Shown here in pieces: positions 1-10,296 of a stretch of 64,000 nucleotides of DNA. Origin of the DNA: Patescibacteria group bacterium (lineage in GTDB: Bacteria > Patescibacteriota > Minisyncoccia > Minisyncoccales > JAQTPW01); assembly GCA_043804755.1 (NCBI GenBank), contig JAZDIT010000044.1:24-64023 (forward strand), given 5' to 3'. Under the pieces are notes generated by a model. The model saw nothing but the letters and a program-made list of their open reading frames with translations, was not told where the DNA came from and did no database searches. Position 1 is the first letter of the stretch. The number at the start of each line of letters is the position of its first letter. A program made the translations under genes and the position numbers.

Positions 1-71
1 TAAGGAGCGAGCCCGAAGCCAAAGCGCCCGCGAAGCGGGAAAGGGCGAGCGATTTTATTTGAATTATTACT

Positions 72-482
72 ATGCCAACAGTAAGACAATTAATTAAAAA
101 AGGAAGGGACAAAAAAAAGAAGCATACAAGAACGCCGGCTTTAAAATCCGGTTTTAATCCGTTGAAAAACCGGCCGAAGAAATTTTTATCTCCGTTTAAA
201 AGAGGAGTGTGCCTGAAGGTTTTTACCGTTACTCCCAAGAAGCCTAATTCGGCGCTGAGAAAAGTCTGCAGAGTACGCCTCACGAATCAAATGGAAGTTA
301 CGGCTTATATCCCGGGAGAAGGTCATAATTTGCAGGAACACTCAATCGTTCTAATAAGGGGAGGAAGAGTCAAGGATTTACCGGGTGTCAGATATCACGT
401 TGTCAGAGGAGTTTTGGATACGACCGGAGTTGAAAACAGAAAACAGGAAAGATCAAAATACGGAGTAAAAATGGCAAAGTAA
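72..482 (+). CDS. rpsL: 30S ribosomal protein S12
   Basis: Full-length S12 match ([11 protein letters not shown]...[15 protein letters not shown]...); first gene of the str operon order. Confidence 0.95.
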   Translation: MPTVRQLIKKGRDKKKKHTRTPALKSGFNPLKNRPKKFLSPFKRGVCLKVFTVTPKKPNSALRKVCRVRLTNQMEVTAYIPGEGHNLQEHSIVLIRGGRVKDLPGVRYHVVRGVLDTTGVENRKQERSKYGVKMAK

Positions 483-485
483 TCT

Positions 486-950
486 ATGTCAAAAAAGAAA
501 ACAAGAAAAATAATACCGCCGGACATGAAATACAATAACGTCACGGTCCAAAAATTCATCAATCAGGTTATGAAAGGCGGGAAAAAAACAATAGCCAAAA
601 AATTAGTTTATGGCGCTTTTGATATTTTGAAGGAAAAAACCAAAAAAGATCCTTTGGAAATTTTCGATTTGGCGATTAAAAACGCATCGCCGCTTCTTGA
701 GGTAAAACCCAAAAGAATCGGAGGGGCCACTTATCAGGTTCCGAGAGAAGTGAGAGGAGACAGAAAACTGACGCTTGCAATAAGATGGATAATCCAGGCG
801 ACCAAAGCCAAAAAAGGAGTTCCGTTTAAAATAAAATTAGCCGAGGAAATAACAAATGCTGCGAATAACACAGGATCAGCAGTGAGGAAAAAGGAAGATA
901 CTCACCGTATGGCCGAGGCCAACAGGGCCTTTGCTCACTTTGCCTGGTAA
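486..950 (+). CDS. rpsG: 30S ribosomal protein S7
   Basis: S7 family sequence and position between rpsL and fusA. Confidence 0.93.
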   Translation: MSKKKTRKIIPPDMKYNNVTVQKFINQVMKGGKKTIAKKLVYGAFDILKEKTKKDPLEIFDLAIKNASPLLEVKPKRIGGATYQVPREVRGDRKLTLAIRWIIQATKAKKGVPFKIKLAEEITNAANNTGSAVRKKEDTHRMAEANRAFAHFAW

Positions 951-955
951 GATTT

Positions 956-3061
956 ATGCCCAGACTTTATCCAATTGAGAAATACCGTGATTTCGGAATA
1001 ATAGCTCACATAGACGCCGGAAAAACTACAACTTCCGAGCGAGTTTTATTTTACACGGGATTAACCCATAAAATCGGCGACATTGACGAGGGTACGACAG
1101 TAATGGATTTCATGATTCAAGAAAGAGAAAGGGGGATCACGATACAGTCGGCAGCTACGACTTGTTTTTGGAAACCGAGAAAAGAATCGCAGGGTAAAGA
1201 AAACGAATACAGGTTAAATCTTATCGATACTCCCGGCCACATTGATTTTACGGCCGAAGTCCAGAGATCTTTGAGGGTTTTGGACGGAGCGGTTGTCGTT
1301 TTTGACGGAGTTGCCGGAGTTGAACCCCAGTCGGAAACCGTTTGGAGACAAGCCGATAAATTCGGAACGCCGAGAATTTGTTTCATAAACAAAATGGACA
1401 GGATGGGTGCCGATTTCGAGGCCAGTTTGAAATCGATTTGGCAAAAATTGACCCCGAATGCGGTTGCCCTCCAAATTCCGATAGGTGCACAGGAAGATTT
1501 TGCCGGAGTCATCGATCTGATGGATATGAAATCCTTGAGATTCCAGGGGGACATGGGAGAAATTGTTATTGAAGAAGAAATTCCCCAAGACCTTAAGGGG
1601 AAAGCCGCAGAGTGGAGAAATAAAATGATTGAAAAAATTGCGGCAGAAGATGAAATTTTGCTTGAGAAATTTTTGGCGAAAGAAGAAATATCTGTCGATG
1701 AAATGCGCAAAGTCTTAAGAAAATCCACCATTGCATGCAAACTGGTTCCGGTGCTTTGCGGTTCTTCGTTGAAAAATAAGGGAGTCCAGCCGGTGCTTGA
1801 TGCAGTTTGTTTCTATCTGCCAAGCCCCATAGATCTTCCTCCGGTAAAAGGTATAGATCCGAAAACCGGTCAGGAAACCCAGAGGAAGGCTGACGATTCG
1901 GAACCATTTTCAGCTCTTGCATTTAAAATTACGGCAGATCCTTATGTAGGAACGCTGACTTTTTTCAGAGTTTATTCCGGTACCTTGCTTAAAGGCTCAT
2001 ATCTTTTGAACACATCGACCGGTGAGAAAGAAAGAATCGGAAGAGTTCTGAGGTTGTATGCGAATGAAAGAGAAGAAGTCGAAGAGGTTTTTGCCGGAGA
2101 CATCGCAGCTACCGTCGGTCTGAAGAATACTTTTACCGGTCATACGTTGTGCGATGAAAATCATCCTATAATTTTGGAGAAAATTATATTCCCCGAACCG
2201 GTAATCTCCATCAAAATCGAACCTAAGACAAAAGCCGATCAGGAAAAAATGGGCATGGCTTTAAAGAAAATGTCCGAAGAAGATCCGACTTTCAAGGTCA
2301 AAGGGGATTTGGAAACGGGAGATACGGTTATTTCCGGAATGGGGGAATTACATCTTGACATAATTGTCGACAGGATGAAAAGAGAATTCAAGGTTGAAGC
2401 CAATGTCGGCAGGCCACAAGTTGCCTACAAAGAGACGATTCGTCAGGAAGCTGAAGCAGAAGGCAAATACATTAAGCAATCCGGCGGTCGCGGCCAGTAC
2501 GGACATGTCTGGCTGAGGGTTAAACCTAAGGAAAGGGGCCAGGGATTTGAATTTATAGATGGCATTAAGGGAGGAACGATACCGCGGGAATTCATACCTG
2601 CCGTTGAAAAGGGTGTGAAAGAAGCAATGGACAAGGGAGTCATCGCCGGTTATCCTTTCGTGGATGCGGAAGTGACTTTATACGATGGTTCATTCCATGA
2701 AGTTGATTCTTCAGAAGTCGCATTCAAAATCGCGGCTTCAATGGCTCTTCAGGAAGCGGCAAAAAGAGCAAAGCCGGTTTTATTGGAACCGATAATGAAA
2801 TTGGAAGTGATAGTCCCCGAAGAATTTTTCGGAGACGCGATAGGAGATTTATCATCAAGAAGAGGAAAAATCGAAGAAACAAAAGACAGGCTGAATCTGA
2901 AGGTAATCGACGTAAAGGTGCCTTTGTCGGAAATGTTCGGGTATGCGACGGCTTTGAGATCCTTGACAGAAGGCCGAGGAACTTTTACTATGGAATTTGA
3001 CCATTATGAAGAAGTCCCTCCGAATATCACGCAGGAAATAGTCGAGGGTAAGAGGAAATAA
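956..3061 (+). CDS. fusA: Elongation factor G
   Basis: GTPase motifs [18 protein letters not shown]; 701 aa EF-G architecture. Confidence 0.95.
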   Translation: MPRLYPIEKYRDFGIIAHIDAGKTTTSERVLFYTGLTHKIGDIDEGTTVMDFMIQERERGITIQSAATTCFWKPRKESQGKENEYRLNLIDTPGHIDFTAEVQRSLRVLDGAVVVFDGVAGVEPQSETVWRQADKFGTPRICFINKMDRMGADFEASLKSIWQKLTPNAVALQIPIGAQEDFAGVIDLMDMKSLRFQGDMGEIVIEEEIPQDLKGKAAEWRNKMIEKIAAEDEILLEKFLAKEEISVDEMRKVLRKSTIACKLVPVLCGSSLKNKGVQPVLDAVCFYLPSPIDLPPVKGIDPKTGQETQRKADDSEPFSALAFKITADPYVGTLTFFRVYSGTLLKGSYLLNTSTGEKERIGRVLRLYANEREEVEEVFAGDIAATVGLKNTFTGHTLCDENHPIILEKIIFPEPVISIKIEPKTKADQEKMGMALKKMSEEDPTFKVKGDLETGDTVISGMGELHLDIIVDRMKREFKVEANVGRPQVAYKETIRQEAEAEGKYIKQSGGRGQYGHVWLRVKPKERGQGFEFIDGIKGGTIPREFIPAVEKGVKEAMDKGVIAGYPFVDAEVTLYDGSFHEVDSSEVAFKIAASMALQEAAKRAKPVLLEPIMKLEVIVPEEFFGDAIGDLSSRRGKIEETKDRLNLKVIDVKVPLSEMFGYATALRSLTEGRGTFTMEFDHYEEVPPNITQEIVEGKRK

Positions 3062-3149
3062 GGAGGGATTTACAACATTGACAAATCGTTTAAAATCACT
3101 AAAATAACATTATAACTTTAATAAGCTAAATAATTAAAAATACAAATCT

Positions 3150-4349
3150 ATGGCAGAAAAAGAAAAATTTTTGAGGGAAAAGCCTCACGTAAATATCGGA
3201 ACGATAGGCCACGTCGACCATGGTAAAACCACAACCGTGGCGGCGATTTTGCATGTTTTAAAACTGAATGGTTTTAAAGCAAACGAAAAAGGAGTCGATC
3301 AAATTGATGCTGCTCCCGAAGAGAAAGCAAGAGGATTGACGATTTCCATCTCGCATCTCGAATACGAGACTGCAAAAAGACACTATGCGCATATCGATTG
3401 CCCCGGCCACGCCGACTATATCAAAAACATGATTACCGGCGCCGCGCAGATGGATGGCGCAATTTTGGTGGTATCCGCTCCCGATGGCCCGATGCCTCAG
3501 ACGAGGGAACACATAATTTTGGCGAGACAGGTCGGATTGCCCGCTTTGGTAGTTTTTCTGAACAAGGTTGATGCGGTTGATGATCCGGAAATCATTGATT
3601 TGGTTGAAAGCGAGGTGAGAGAGCTTTTGAAGAAATACGAATTCCCCGGAGATGAAATTCCGATAATACGCGGATCCGCGCTGAAAGCAATCGCGGCCAC
3701 ATCGGCCGATGATCCTGCCGCAAAAGCGATTATGGACTTGATGAACGCGGTTGACACTTATATTCCCACACCGGTCCGTGAAACCGACAAGCCGTTTTTG
3801 ATGGCTGTCGAAGATGTGTTCACGATCGAAGGCAGGGGAACTGTCGCGACGGGAAGAATAGAAAGAGGAATTGTAAAACCCAATGACGAAGTTGAATTAG
3901 TCGGGATCAAGCCGACTTCCAAAACGACTGCAGTCAGCGTCGAAATGTTCAATAAAATGCTGGATGAAGGAATGGCGGGCGATAATGTCGGAATTTTGTT
4001 AAGAGGTTTGAAAAAAGAAGATGTGGAAAGAGGACAAGTCCTGGCAAAGCCGGGATCCAGTACTCCCCATGAAGAGTTTGATGGCAAGGTTTACGTATTG
4101 TCGAAGGAAGAAGGCGGAAGACATACTCCTTTCTTCACCGGCTATAAACCCCAGTTGTATTTCAGAACTACTGATATAACCGGAGATGTTACTTTGCCGG
4201 AAGGCACGGAAATGGTCATGCCCGGAGACACTGCGCAATTGAAAATAAAATTAATCGCTCCAATCGCCATGGAAGAAAACCAGAGATTCGCGATAAGAGA
4301 AGGAGGAAAGACGGTGGGTGCCGGAGTGATTACCAAGATAATAAAATAA
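3150..4349 (+). CDS. tuf: Elongation factor Tu
   Basis: [18 protein letters not shown] motifs; 399 aa. Confidence 0.96.
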   Translation: MAEKEKFLREKPHVNIGTIGHVDHGKTTTVAAILHVLKLNGFKANEKGVDQIDAAPEEKARGLTISISHLEYETAKRHYAHIDCPGHADYIKNMITGAAQMDGAILVVSAPDGPMPQTREHIILARQVGLPALVVFLNKVDAVDDPEIIDLVESEVRELLKKYEFPGDEIPIIRGSALKAIAATSADDPAAKAIMDLMNAVDTYIPTPVRETDKPFLMAVEDVFTIEGRGTVATGRIERGIVKPNDEVELVGIKPTSKTTAVSVEMFNKMLDEGMAGDNVGILLRGLKKEDVERGQVLAKPGSSTPHEEFDGKVYVLSKEEGGRHTPFFTGYKPQLYFRTTDITGDVTLPEGTEMVMPGDTAQLKIKLIAPIAMEENQRFAIREGGKTVGAGVITKIIK

Positions 4350-4388
4350 GACCTGATTTTTTAGGAACGCCTTACCGATTTACGCAAA

Positions 4389-4724
4389 ATGGCAAAGCCG
4401 AAAACAGAAGCAACCGAAAACAAAGCAAAGATCCGCATCAAATTGCGGGCTTACGATCACAAAGTGATCGACAGTTCAGCAAAACAAATTGTTGAAACCG
4501 CTTTGCGCTATGGTGCCGAAGTTTCCGGGCCTGCGCCGCTGCCGACAGAAATCAACAAGTATACGGTAAACAGATCTTCCTTTGTCCATAAAGATGCGCG
4601 GGAACAGTTTGAAATGAGGATGCACAAGAGATTGATTGACATACTGAATCCGAATCAGAAAGTGATAGACGCCCTGATGAGCTTAAACCTTCCTGCAGGA
4701 GTGGACATTGAGATAAAAATGTAA
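4389..4724 (+). CDS. rpsJ: 30S ribosomal protein S10 (short N-terminal extension)
   Basis: [16 protein letters not shown]... S10 core; follows tuf. Confidence 0.9.
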   Translation: MAKPKTEATENKAKIRIKLRAYDHKVIDSSAKQIVETALRYGAEVSGPAPLPTEINKYTVNRSSFVHKDAREQFEMRMHKRLIDILNPNQKVIDALMSLNLPAGVDIEIKM

Positions 4725-4731
4725 TTGAAAA

Positions 4732-4755
4732 CCCGCCGCAAGGCGGGTTTTGGTT
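4732..4755 (+). terminator. Rho-independent terminator-like hairpin after rpsJ (CCCGCCGCAAGGCGGG + TTTTGGTTT)
   Basis: GC stem with GCAA loop followed by a T-run, 8 nt after the rpsJ stop. Confidence 0.55.
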
Positions 4756-4845
4756 TATACTTGAAATAAAATCGCATTCAGGATTTCTTTGATATTGGTT
4801 GACGGATATAGATTTATATTTTATCGTTTAAGAAAGGAGGGACGT

Positions 4846-4875
4846 ATGTCGTATTTTTATCTAGCTTCAGCGTGA
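4846..4875 (+). CDS. 9-codon upstream ORF (MSYFYLASA) with consensus ribosome-binding site; possible leader peptide
   Basis: AAGGAGG at 4834-4840, ATG 5 nt downstream, stop TGA at 4873-4875; lies inside the rpsJ-rplC non-coding insert. Confidence 0.3.
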   Translation: MSYFYLASA

Positions 4876-5024
4876 GGCTGCCCAAAACCGCAAGACTATC
4901 CAGGTATGTAATTTCTGATTGGCAACTAGTCTTGTCGCCGGTATTCAGCAGCCTAACCCAATATGCCCGTTTATCTGTCTGTTGAAACATACCAACAGCT
5001 CTAAACGGGTCCTTTTTATTTTTT

Positions 5025-5048
5025 CCGCCGAAAGGCGGGTTTTGGTTT
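5025..5048 (+). terminator. Second copy of the terminator-like hairpin (CCGCCGAAAGGCGGG + TTTTGGTTTATA)
   Basis: Near-identical 30-nt direct repeat of the 4732-4760 element. Confidence 0.45.
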
Positions 5049-5114
5049 ATAGCTTAAATTTACCCGACAGGATTAAGATGGGTTTTCTAAATATTCTTGA
5101 ACTGGGGAAAACTG

Positions 5115-5143
5115 TTGACATTATGTTTGGCTTAATATATACT
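5115..5143 (+). promoter_or_regulatory. Candidate sigma70 promoter for rplC and downstream genes (TTGACA-17-TATACT)
   Basis: Consensus -35 hexamer, 17-nt spacer, 5/6 match at -10; about 115 nt upstream of rplC. Confidence 0.45.
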
Positions 5144-5217
5144 TTCTTTATGAGTATACTATCTACATCCTTCGTCTGTTGACGAAAGATTAGAACAAGT
5201 ACTAACCGTTTTAATTC

Positions 5218-5244
5218 GCGGGGTTAGTGCCCCGTGTTTTGTTG
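5218..5244 (+). promoter_or_regulatory. Attenuator-like hairpin in the rplC leader (GCGGGG-TTAGTG-CCCCG + TGTTTTGTTG)
   Basis: GC stem plus T-rich tail, ending 14 nt before the rplC ATG. Confidence 0.3.
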
Positions 5245-5258
5245 AAGAAACAAAAAGA

Positions 5259-5849
5259 ATGAAATTCATCATAGGAAAAAAAGTCGGAATGACGCAAATG
5301 TTTGATGAAAAAGGGAATATAACACCCCTGACTTTGATTGAAGCCGGCCCATGCGAAGTTTTGCAGTTAAAGAATATGGAAAAAGATGGCTATGAAGCTA
5401 CTCAGATTGGTTTTCAAAAAATAGAAAAGGCAAAAAGAATCAAAAAACCGCAAACCAGCAAACCTTTCAAGTTTATGAAAGAATTCAAGGGAGAAAACCT
5501 GAAAGTCGGAGATAAAATAGACGTTTCGGTTTTTAAAGAAGGAGACAAGGTGAAAATATCCGGAATTTCAAAAGGAAAAGGTTTCCAGGGGCCGATGAAG
5601 CGCCATGGTTTTCATGGCAGAGCTTCGGTAAGCCACGGTACGAAACACGAATTGAGAACTCCGGGATCCACCGGCTCTTCAATGCCGGAGCACGTTGCCA
5701 AGGGAAAGAAAATGGCCGGTCACATGGGGGCCGAAAGAGTGAGCGTTAAGGGTTTGAAAATAATGAAAATTGATTTGGAGAATAATTTGATAGCAATAAA
5801 GGGAGCAGTCCCCGGAAGAAGGGGGACTTTATTGGAAATAAAAGGATAA
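5259..5849 (+). CDS. rplC: 50S ribosomal protein L3
   Basis: L3 family sequence (KKVGMTQMFDEKGN...). Confidence 0.93.
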   Translation: MKFIIGKKVGMTQMFDEKGNITPLTLIEAGPCEVLQLKNMEKDGYEATQIGFQKIEKAKRIKKPQTSKPFKFMKEFKGENLKVGDKIDVSVFKEGDKVKISGISKGKGFQGPMKRHGFHGRASVSHGTKHELRTPGSTGSSMPEHVAKGKKMAGHMGAERVSVKGLKIMKIDLENNLIAIKGAVPGRRGTLLEIKG

Positions 5850-6481
5850 TGGTTAAAATAACAGCTTACAACCAGGAAGGGGAAGAAACGACAGAAGTCC
5901 TTTTGCCGAAGGAGGTTTTTGAAGTTAAAATGAACCCGGATTTGATACACCAGATAATTGTTTCACAGCTGTCTAACCAAAGGCAGGTTATTGCCAGCAC
6001 CAAAACCAGAAGCGAGGTTTCGGGAGGAGGCAGAAAACCATGGAGACAGAAAGGAACGGGTCGCGCGAGGCACGGTTCGACCAGATCTCCTTTGTGGCGC
6101 CATGGCGGGATAACTTTTGGGCCGAGAAACAAGGTTGTTTTCAAAAGAGAAATTCCCGAAAAGATGAGAAAAACGGCTCTTTTTATAGCGTTATCGGATA
6201 AAGTAAAAGACAATCTGCTGATAGTTTTGGATGATTTAAAATTGGAAAAGACAAAGACCAAAATTATGGCAGGCATTTTAAATAAACTTCCCTTAAAGGG
6301 AAAAACAGCATTGATTGTTTTGCCGAAAATGGAAAAGAGTTTGATCTCGGCTTCCCGCAATATCCCCGGAATCGGCACAACTCAGGCCAAAGATCTGAAT
6401 TGTCTGGACGTGCTTTCATATAAATACCTGATTTTATTAAAGGACAGCATAAAAGTAATAAAGGAAATTCTTTGTAAATAA
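5849..6481 (+). CDS. rplD: 50S ribosomal protein L4
   Basis: L4 family; overlaps the rplC stop. Confidence 0.9.
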   Translation: MVKITAYNQEGEETTEVLLPKEVFEVKMNPDLIHQIIVSQLSNQRQVIASTKTRSEVSGGGRKPWRQKGTGRARHGSTRSPLWRHGGITFGPRNKVVFKREIPEKMRKTALFIALSDKVKDNLLIVLDDLKLEKTKTKIMAGILNKLPLKGKTALIVLPKMEKSLISASRNIPGIGTTQAKDLNCLDVLSYKYLILLKDSIKVIKEILCK

Positions 6482-6486
6482 AAGTT

Positions 6487-6879
6487 ATGGCTTTTAATAT
6501 TTTTAAAAAAGAGGAATCCGGTGCGAAAGAAGTTGCGGTTCCGAAAAGCGAGGAGAAAAAAGAAAAAACAGCGAGAACGCCGAAAGGAAAGAGGCCCGGT
6601 TTTGCCTGGAGGATTCTAAAAGCTGCGCATGTCACCGAAAAAGCAACCGATTTATCCAATAAGGACAAGTATATTTTCAACGTTTACAAGAATGCAAATA
6701 AAAACGAAATACGGAAAGAAGTAGAAAACATATACGGCGTAAATGTCGTTTCTGTGAACATAATCAACGTCCATGGAAAGAAAAGAAGATTGGGAAAGAC
6801 CATGGGAATCAAGCCGGGATACAAGAAAGCGATCGTCGGAATACAAAAAGGACAAAAAATAGAACTGATGCCGAGATAA
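6487..6879 (+). CDS. rplW: 50S ribosomal protein L23 (N-terminal basic extension)
   Basis: L23 core in the C-terminal 90 aa; operon position. Confidence 0.88.
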   Translation: MAFNIFKKEESGAKEVAVPKSEEKKEKTARTPKGKRPGFAWRILKAAHVTEKATDLSNKDKYIFNVYKNANKNEIRKEVENIYGVNVVSVNIINVHGKKRRLGKTMGIKPGYKKAIVGIQKGQKIELMPR

Positions 6880-6891
6880 TTTTAAACAAGT

Positions 6892-7683
6892 ATGGTTTAT
6901 TCGAAATTATTTACAAAAAAAGAACCCGAAAAAAGATTGCTTTTGTCTTTGAGAAGAAAGGCGGGACGCTCCACTTCATCGGGAAGAATAACGGTCAGGC
7001 ATCAGGGAGGCGGCGTGAAAAGACTTTACAGGATAATCGATTTCGGTCAGGAAAAAATAAACGTTCCGGGCAAAATTTCGGCCATTGAATACGATCCCAA
7101 CAGAACTTCTTTCATAGGTTTGGTAGAATATAATGACGGCGATAAAAGATATGTTATTTTGGCCAAAAATTTAAATGTGGGAGATTCAGTAATTTGTGCC
7201 GATAATACGGAATTGAAAATCGGCAATCGGACAAAACTGAAAAATATACCAATCGGTACGGAAGTTTATAATATAGAAATCGAGCCCGGAAAAGGCGGAA
7301 AACTCGTGCGGGGAGCGGGAACTGCAGCAAAAGTTATCGCCCAGGAGCCTCCGTTTACGCATTTGGAAATGCCGTCGGGGGAAAGCAGAAAATTTCCTCA
7401 GGAAAGTTTTACTTCATTGGGAGTAGTTTCGCACGAAAAGCACACATTCGAAATTTTGGGTAAAGCAGGTCTTAACAGAAAGAAAGGAATCAGGCCGACA
7501 GTACGCGGAACCGCGATGAATCCCGTTGACCACCCCCACGGAGGGGGAGAAGGAAAGACAACGACCGGGTTGAAGTATTCGAAGACGCCCTGGGGTAAGC
7601 CGGCACGGGGAGTCAAAACCAGAAAGAGATTTTGGACAGACAGATTTATTCTTAAGAGAAGACAAAAAAAGAACAAGAAATAA
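6892..7683 (+). CDS. rplB: 50S ribosomal protein L2
   Basis: L2 motifs (GRNxxGxITxRHxGGG, MNPVDHPHGGGEG). Confidence 0.95.
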   Translation: MVYSKLFTKKEPEKRLLLSLRRKAGRSTSSGRITVRHQGGGVKRLYRIIDFGQEKINVPGKISAIEYDPNRTSFIGLVEYNDGDKRYVILAKNLNVGDSVICADNTELKIGNRTKLKNIPIGTEVYNIEIEPGKGGKLVRGAGTAAKVIAQEPPFTHLEMPSGESRKFPQESFTSLGVVSHEKHTFEILGKAGLNRKKGIRPTVRGTAMNPVDHPHGGGEGKTTTGLKYSKTPWGKPARGVKTRKRFWTDRFILKRRQKKNKK

Positions 7684-7704
7684 GTTTTAATATTCAAAAT
7701 AAAC

Positions 7705-8043
7705 ATGTCTAGATCACTTAAAAAAGGTCCCTTTGTCGATCAAAGACTTCTGGAAAAAATTCAGAAGCTGAAACCGGATTCAAAGGATATCATAAAAACC
7801 TGGAAAAGAGCCTGTTCCATTACGCCGGAAATGGTTGGTTTTACTTTCGGAGTGCATAACGGAAAGGATTTCATAACCGTAAAAGTGAATGAAGATATGG
7901 TAGGCCACAAACTGGGCGAGTTTTCCCCGACGACTAAATTTTCAAGACATGGAGGAAGAATGCAAAGGGAATTGGAATCCAAAGTGGTTGAAAAAGAGGC
8001 CGTAAAGGTTGAAGAAGTAAAGAAAGAACCTAAAGCAAAATAA
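7705..8043 (+). CDS. rpsS: 30S ribosomal protein S19 (C-terminal Lys/Glu-rich extension)
   Basis: S19 core ([11 protein letters not shown]...HNGK...). Confidence 0.92.
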   Translation: MSRSLKKGPFVDQRLLEKIQKLKPDSKDIIKTWKRACSITPEMVGFTFGVHNGKDFITVKVNEDMVGHKLGEFSPTTKFSRHGGRMQRELESKVVEKEAVKVEEVKKEPKAK

Positions 8044-8095
8044 GAACCTGCGCAAGCGTAGAACCTTGATTCTTCGCTCCGCTCAGAAAAAAATT
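8041..8095 (+). repeat. Intercistronic palindromic repeat unit (variant), rpsS-rplV junction
   Basis: TAAGAACCTGCGCAAGCGTAGAACCTTGATTCTTCGCTCCGCTCAGAAAAAAATT-ATG; member of the family seen at six loci. Confidence 0.8.
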
Positions 8096-8620
8096 ATGAT
8101 TGCCACCGCAAAGCTTAAATATTTAAGGATAGCTCCCAGAAAAGTCAGGCTCGTAGCGGATTTGATAAGAGGAAAAAGAACTGATAGGGCTCAGGCCGTT
8201 TTGAGCTTTGCGAACAAAAAATCGGCACTAATTATCCTTAAACTTTTAAAACAGGCGATAGCCAACGCAAAAAACAATTTGCATCTGGACGAGTCAAATT
8301 TATACATATCGAAAATAACAGTTGACGGAGGACCTATGCTGAAAAGATTCCGGCCGCGAGCCAGAGGGTCAGCTTATGAAATTCAGAAAAAAACTTCGCA
8401 TATCCTGATCGTCCTCGATGAAATTGAAAAAAGAGGGAAAAAAGAAAAAATCGTCAGAGAACCTGTAAAGGCGGAAGAAGAAGTGGCCGCTGAAAAACCG
8501 CAGGAAAAATCCGGTGAGGAAGTGACGGCGAAAAAATCGAAAATGAAAGTGGAAAAAGAAATCGCAAGGCCGAGAACAGGAAAGGGAACCACTAAAATTT
8601 TCAGAAGGAAATCTTTTTAG
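8096..8620 (+). CDS. rplV: 50S ribosomal protein L22 (C-terminal Lys/Glu-rich extension)
   Basis: Start moved to the ATG at 8096 (MIATAKLKYLRIAPRKVRLVADLIRG); the track's TTG start at 8066 lies inside the repeat. Confidence 0.9.
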   Translation: MIATAKLKYLRIAPRKVRLVADLIRGKRTDRAQAVLSFANKKSALIILKLLKQAIANAKNNLHLDESNLYISKITVDGGPMLKRFRPRARGSAYEIQKKTSHILIVLDEIEKRGKKEKIVREPVKAEEEVAAEKPQEKSGEEVTAKKSKMKVEKEIARPRTGKGTTKIFRRKSF

Positions 8621-8623
8621 AAT

Positions 8624-9277
8624 ATGACACACAAAGTTCACCCTAAAATTTTTCGGATAAGAGTAACGGCGGATTGGGATTCGAGATGGCTGGATAAAAA
8701 GAGATTTGTTTACAATTTGGAAGAGGATTATAGAATCCGCGAATTTTTAAATAAAAAACTGGCCAAAGTCGGAATAGAAAAAATTGAAATCGAGAGAGCA
8801 CCTGGAAAGGTTAATGTAATCTTATCCAGCGCGCGGCCTGGTTTGATTTTCGGAAGAGGAGGTGCGGGCATCGAAGAAATAAAGAAGGAAATAAGCAGAA
8901 AGATATTGAAAAAAGTGGCCGGGAAAGTTCCCGAATTCAGGCTGGAAGTGAAGGAAATCAGAAATCCCTGGTTGTCCTCGACCTTATCTGCACAATATAT
9001 AGCCCAGCAGCTTGAAAAAAGAATGCCGTTCAGGAGAGTTTTGAAGCAGGTTATGGGTAAAATTACCGCGAATAAAGAGGTAAAGGGAGCAAGGATAAAT
9101 GTCGGAGGCAGATTGGACGGATCGGAAATAGCAAGAAAGGAAGTCATGAAACAGGGTCGGCTTCCCCGCCAGACGATAAGAGCCGACATAGATTATGGAA
9201 CCGCGGAAGCTAATTGTACTTATGGAATAATCGGGATTAAAATCTGGATATATAAAGGAGAAAAATTCGAATCATAA
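8624..9277 (+). CDS. rpsC: 30S ribosomal protein S3
   Basis: S3 family, KH domain. Confidence 0.93.
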   Translation: MTHKVHPKIFRIRVTADWDSRWLDKKRFVYNLEEDYRIREFLNKKLAKVGIEKIEIERAPGKVNVILSSARPGLIFGRGGAGIEEIKKEISRKILKKVAGKVPEFRLEVKEIRNPWLSSTLSAQYIAQQLEKRMPFRRVLKQVMGKITANKEVKGARINVGGRLDGSEIARKEVMKQGRLPRQTIRADIDYGTAEANCTYGIIGIKIWIYKGEKFES

Positions 9278-9298
9278 TGAAAAATACAAACGAAATTC

Positions 9299-9703
9299 AT
9301 GTTGCAACCAAAAAGAGTAAAACATAGAAAATGGAAAAAAGGAGTATCAATCGGTATTGAAACGCGGGGGACGACTTTGGTTTTCGGAACGTACGGATTG
9401 AAAAGCATGGGTTCATCTTTTATTACGGCAAGGCAATTGGAAGCAGCAAGACGCACCATTTTGAGATATTTGAAAAAGGGCGGAAAATTTTGGATAAGAA
9501 TTTTTCCCGATAATCCGGTTACAAGCAAAGGATCGGAAGTTCCGATGGGAGGCGGGAAAGGAATGGTTGACCATTACGCGGCCCACGTGAATCCTGGAAG
9601 AATAATTTTCGAACTGGAAGGGTTGAAGGAGGAGGTTGCCAAAGTGGCTTTGGGCATGGCTGCCGATAAATTGTCGGTAAAAACAAAATTTGTTAAAAGA
9701 TAA
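9299..9703 (+). CDS. rplP: 50S ribosomal protein L16
   Basis: L16 family (MLQPKRVKHRK...). Confidence 0.93.
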   Translation: MLQPKRVKHRKWKKGVSIGIETRGTTLVFGTYGLKSMGSSFITARQLEAARRTILRYLKKGGKFWIRIFPDNPVTSKGSEVPMGGGKGMVDHYAAHVNPGRIIFELEGLKEEVAKVALGMAADKLSVKTKFVKR

Positions 9704-9745
9704 GAATCTTACCTTCGGTAAGAGTCTTGATTCCATAAATTTCAC
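9701..9745 (+). repeat. Degenerate intercistronic repeat unit, rplP-rpmC junction
   Basis: TAAGAATCTTACCTTCGGTAAGAGTCTTGATTCC...; UUCG-loop hairpin flanked by AGAAYCTT direct repeats. Confidence 0.6.
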
Positions 9746-9771
9746 TACGTTCAATTTATGAAAATAAAAAA

Positions 9772-9960
9772 ATGAAAATCAGCGAATTACGTCAAAAATC
9801 AAAAGATGAATTGAAAAAAATTTCTGATGATAGCCGGGAGAAATTGAGGCAGTTGAGATTTGATTTAGCCTCAGGCAAAGTGAAGAATGTACGCGAGATA
9901 CGTCAGATAAAAAAAGACATCGCGAGAATAATGACATTATTTAAACAAAATCTTAAATAA
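9772..9960 (+). CDS. rpmC: 50S ribosomal protein L29
   Basis: L29 family, 62 aa, operon position. Confidence 0.88.
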   Translation: MKISELRQKSKDELKKISDDSREKLRQLRFDLASGKVKNVREIRQIKKDIARIMTLFKQNLK

Positions 9961-9965
9961 TATTT

Positions 9966-10295
9966 ATGGCAAAAAAGCAACTAAAAGGAAAAATTGTTTC
10001 GAATAAAATGCTGGAAACGGTCGTTGTTAAGATTGTAAGGATAAAAGAACACAAAAAATACAAAAGGCGTTACAAGACGCAAAAGAAATACAAGGCCGAT
10101 ACCCTGAAAAAGGTTTATAATGTCGGTGATACGGTTTTGATAGAAGAATGCAGCCCGATTTCCAAAGACAAAAAATGGAAAGTCATTAAAAGATTGGCGG
10201 AAAGCAAGTTGATTGAGGCGGAAGAGATTATTGAGCCGGAAATCGAAAAAAAAGAGGAAATAAAGACAGAAGAAAAAACAACAGAGGTAAAATAA
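9966..10295 (+). CDS. rpsQ: 30S ribosomal protein S17 (C-terminal acidic extension)
   Basis: S17 core (GKIVSNKMLETVVVKIVR...). Confidence 0.9.
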   Translation: MAKKQLKGKIVSNKMLETVVVKIVRIKEHKKYKRRYKTQKKYKADTLKKVYNVGDTVLIEECSPISKDKKWKVIKRLAESKLIEAEEIIEPEIEKKEEIKTEEKTTEVK

Positions 10296-10296
10296 A

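Noticed and set aside
1117-1922. Antisense ORFs of 109-207 aa inside fusA (and similar ones inside tuf, secY, alaS, pheT, gyrB)
   Set aside because: They are entirely contained within well-supported genes on the opposite strand and have low-complexity composition; these are typical shadow ORFs.
4860-4950. SRP (4.5S) RNA candidate because of CCAGG and GCAGCC elements
   Set aside because: It lacks the conserved domain IV symmetric loop and GNRA/GGAA tetraloop arrangement. Similarity is limited to short strings.
4919-5182. 87-aa ORF inside the rpsJ-rplC spacer
   Set aside because: It overlaps the second terminator hairpin and the predicted promoter, has no ribosome-binding site and a low-complexity composition. 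The region is better explained as structured non-coding RNA.
8066-8095. ORF-track N-terminal extensions of rplV (TTG start), rplX (MSAANKNLAFGKNLVFSLRLRNKIFKI), rplE (MKKRDTGAARNAAKKYKNLAYGKNLVSSLRLRNK) and rplM
   Set aside because: These are in-frame translations of the palindromic intercistronic repeat (the same peptide KNLA[FY]GKNLV.SLRLRNK recurs). The conserved r-protein N-termini begin at downstream ATGs.
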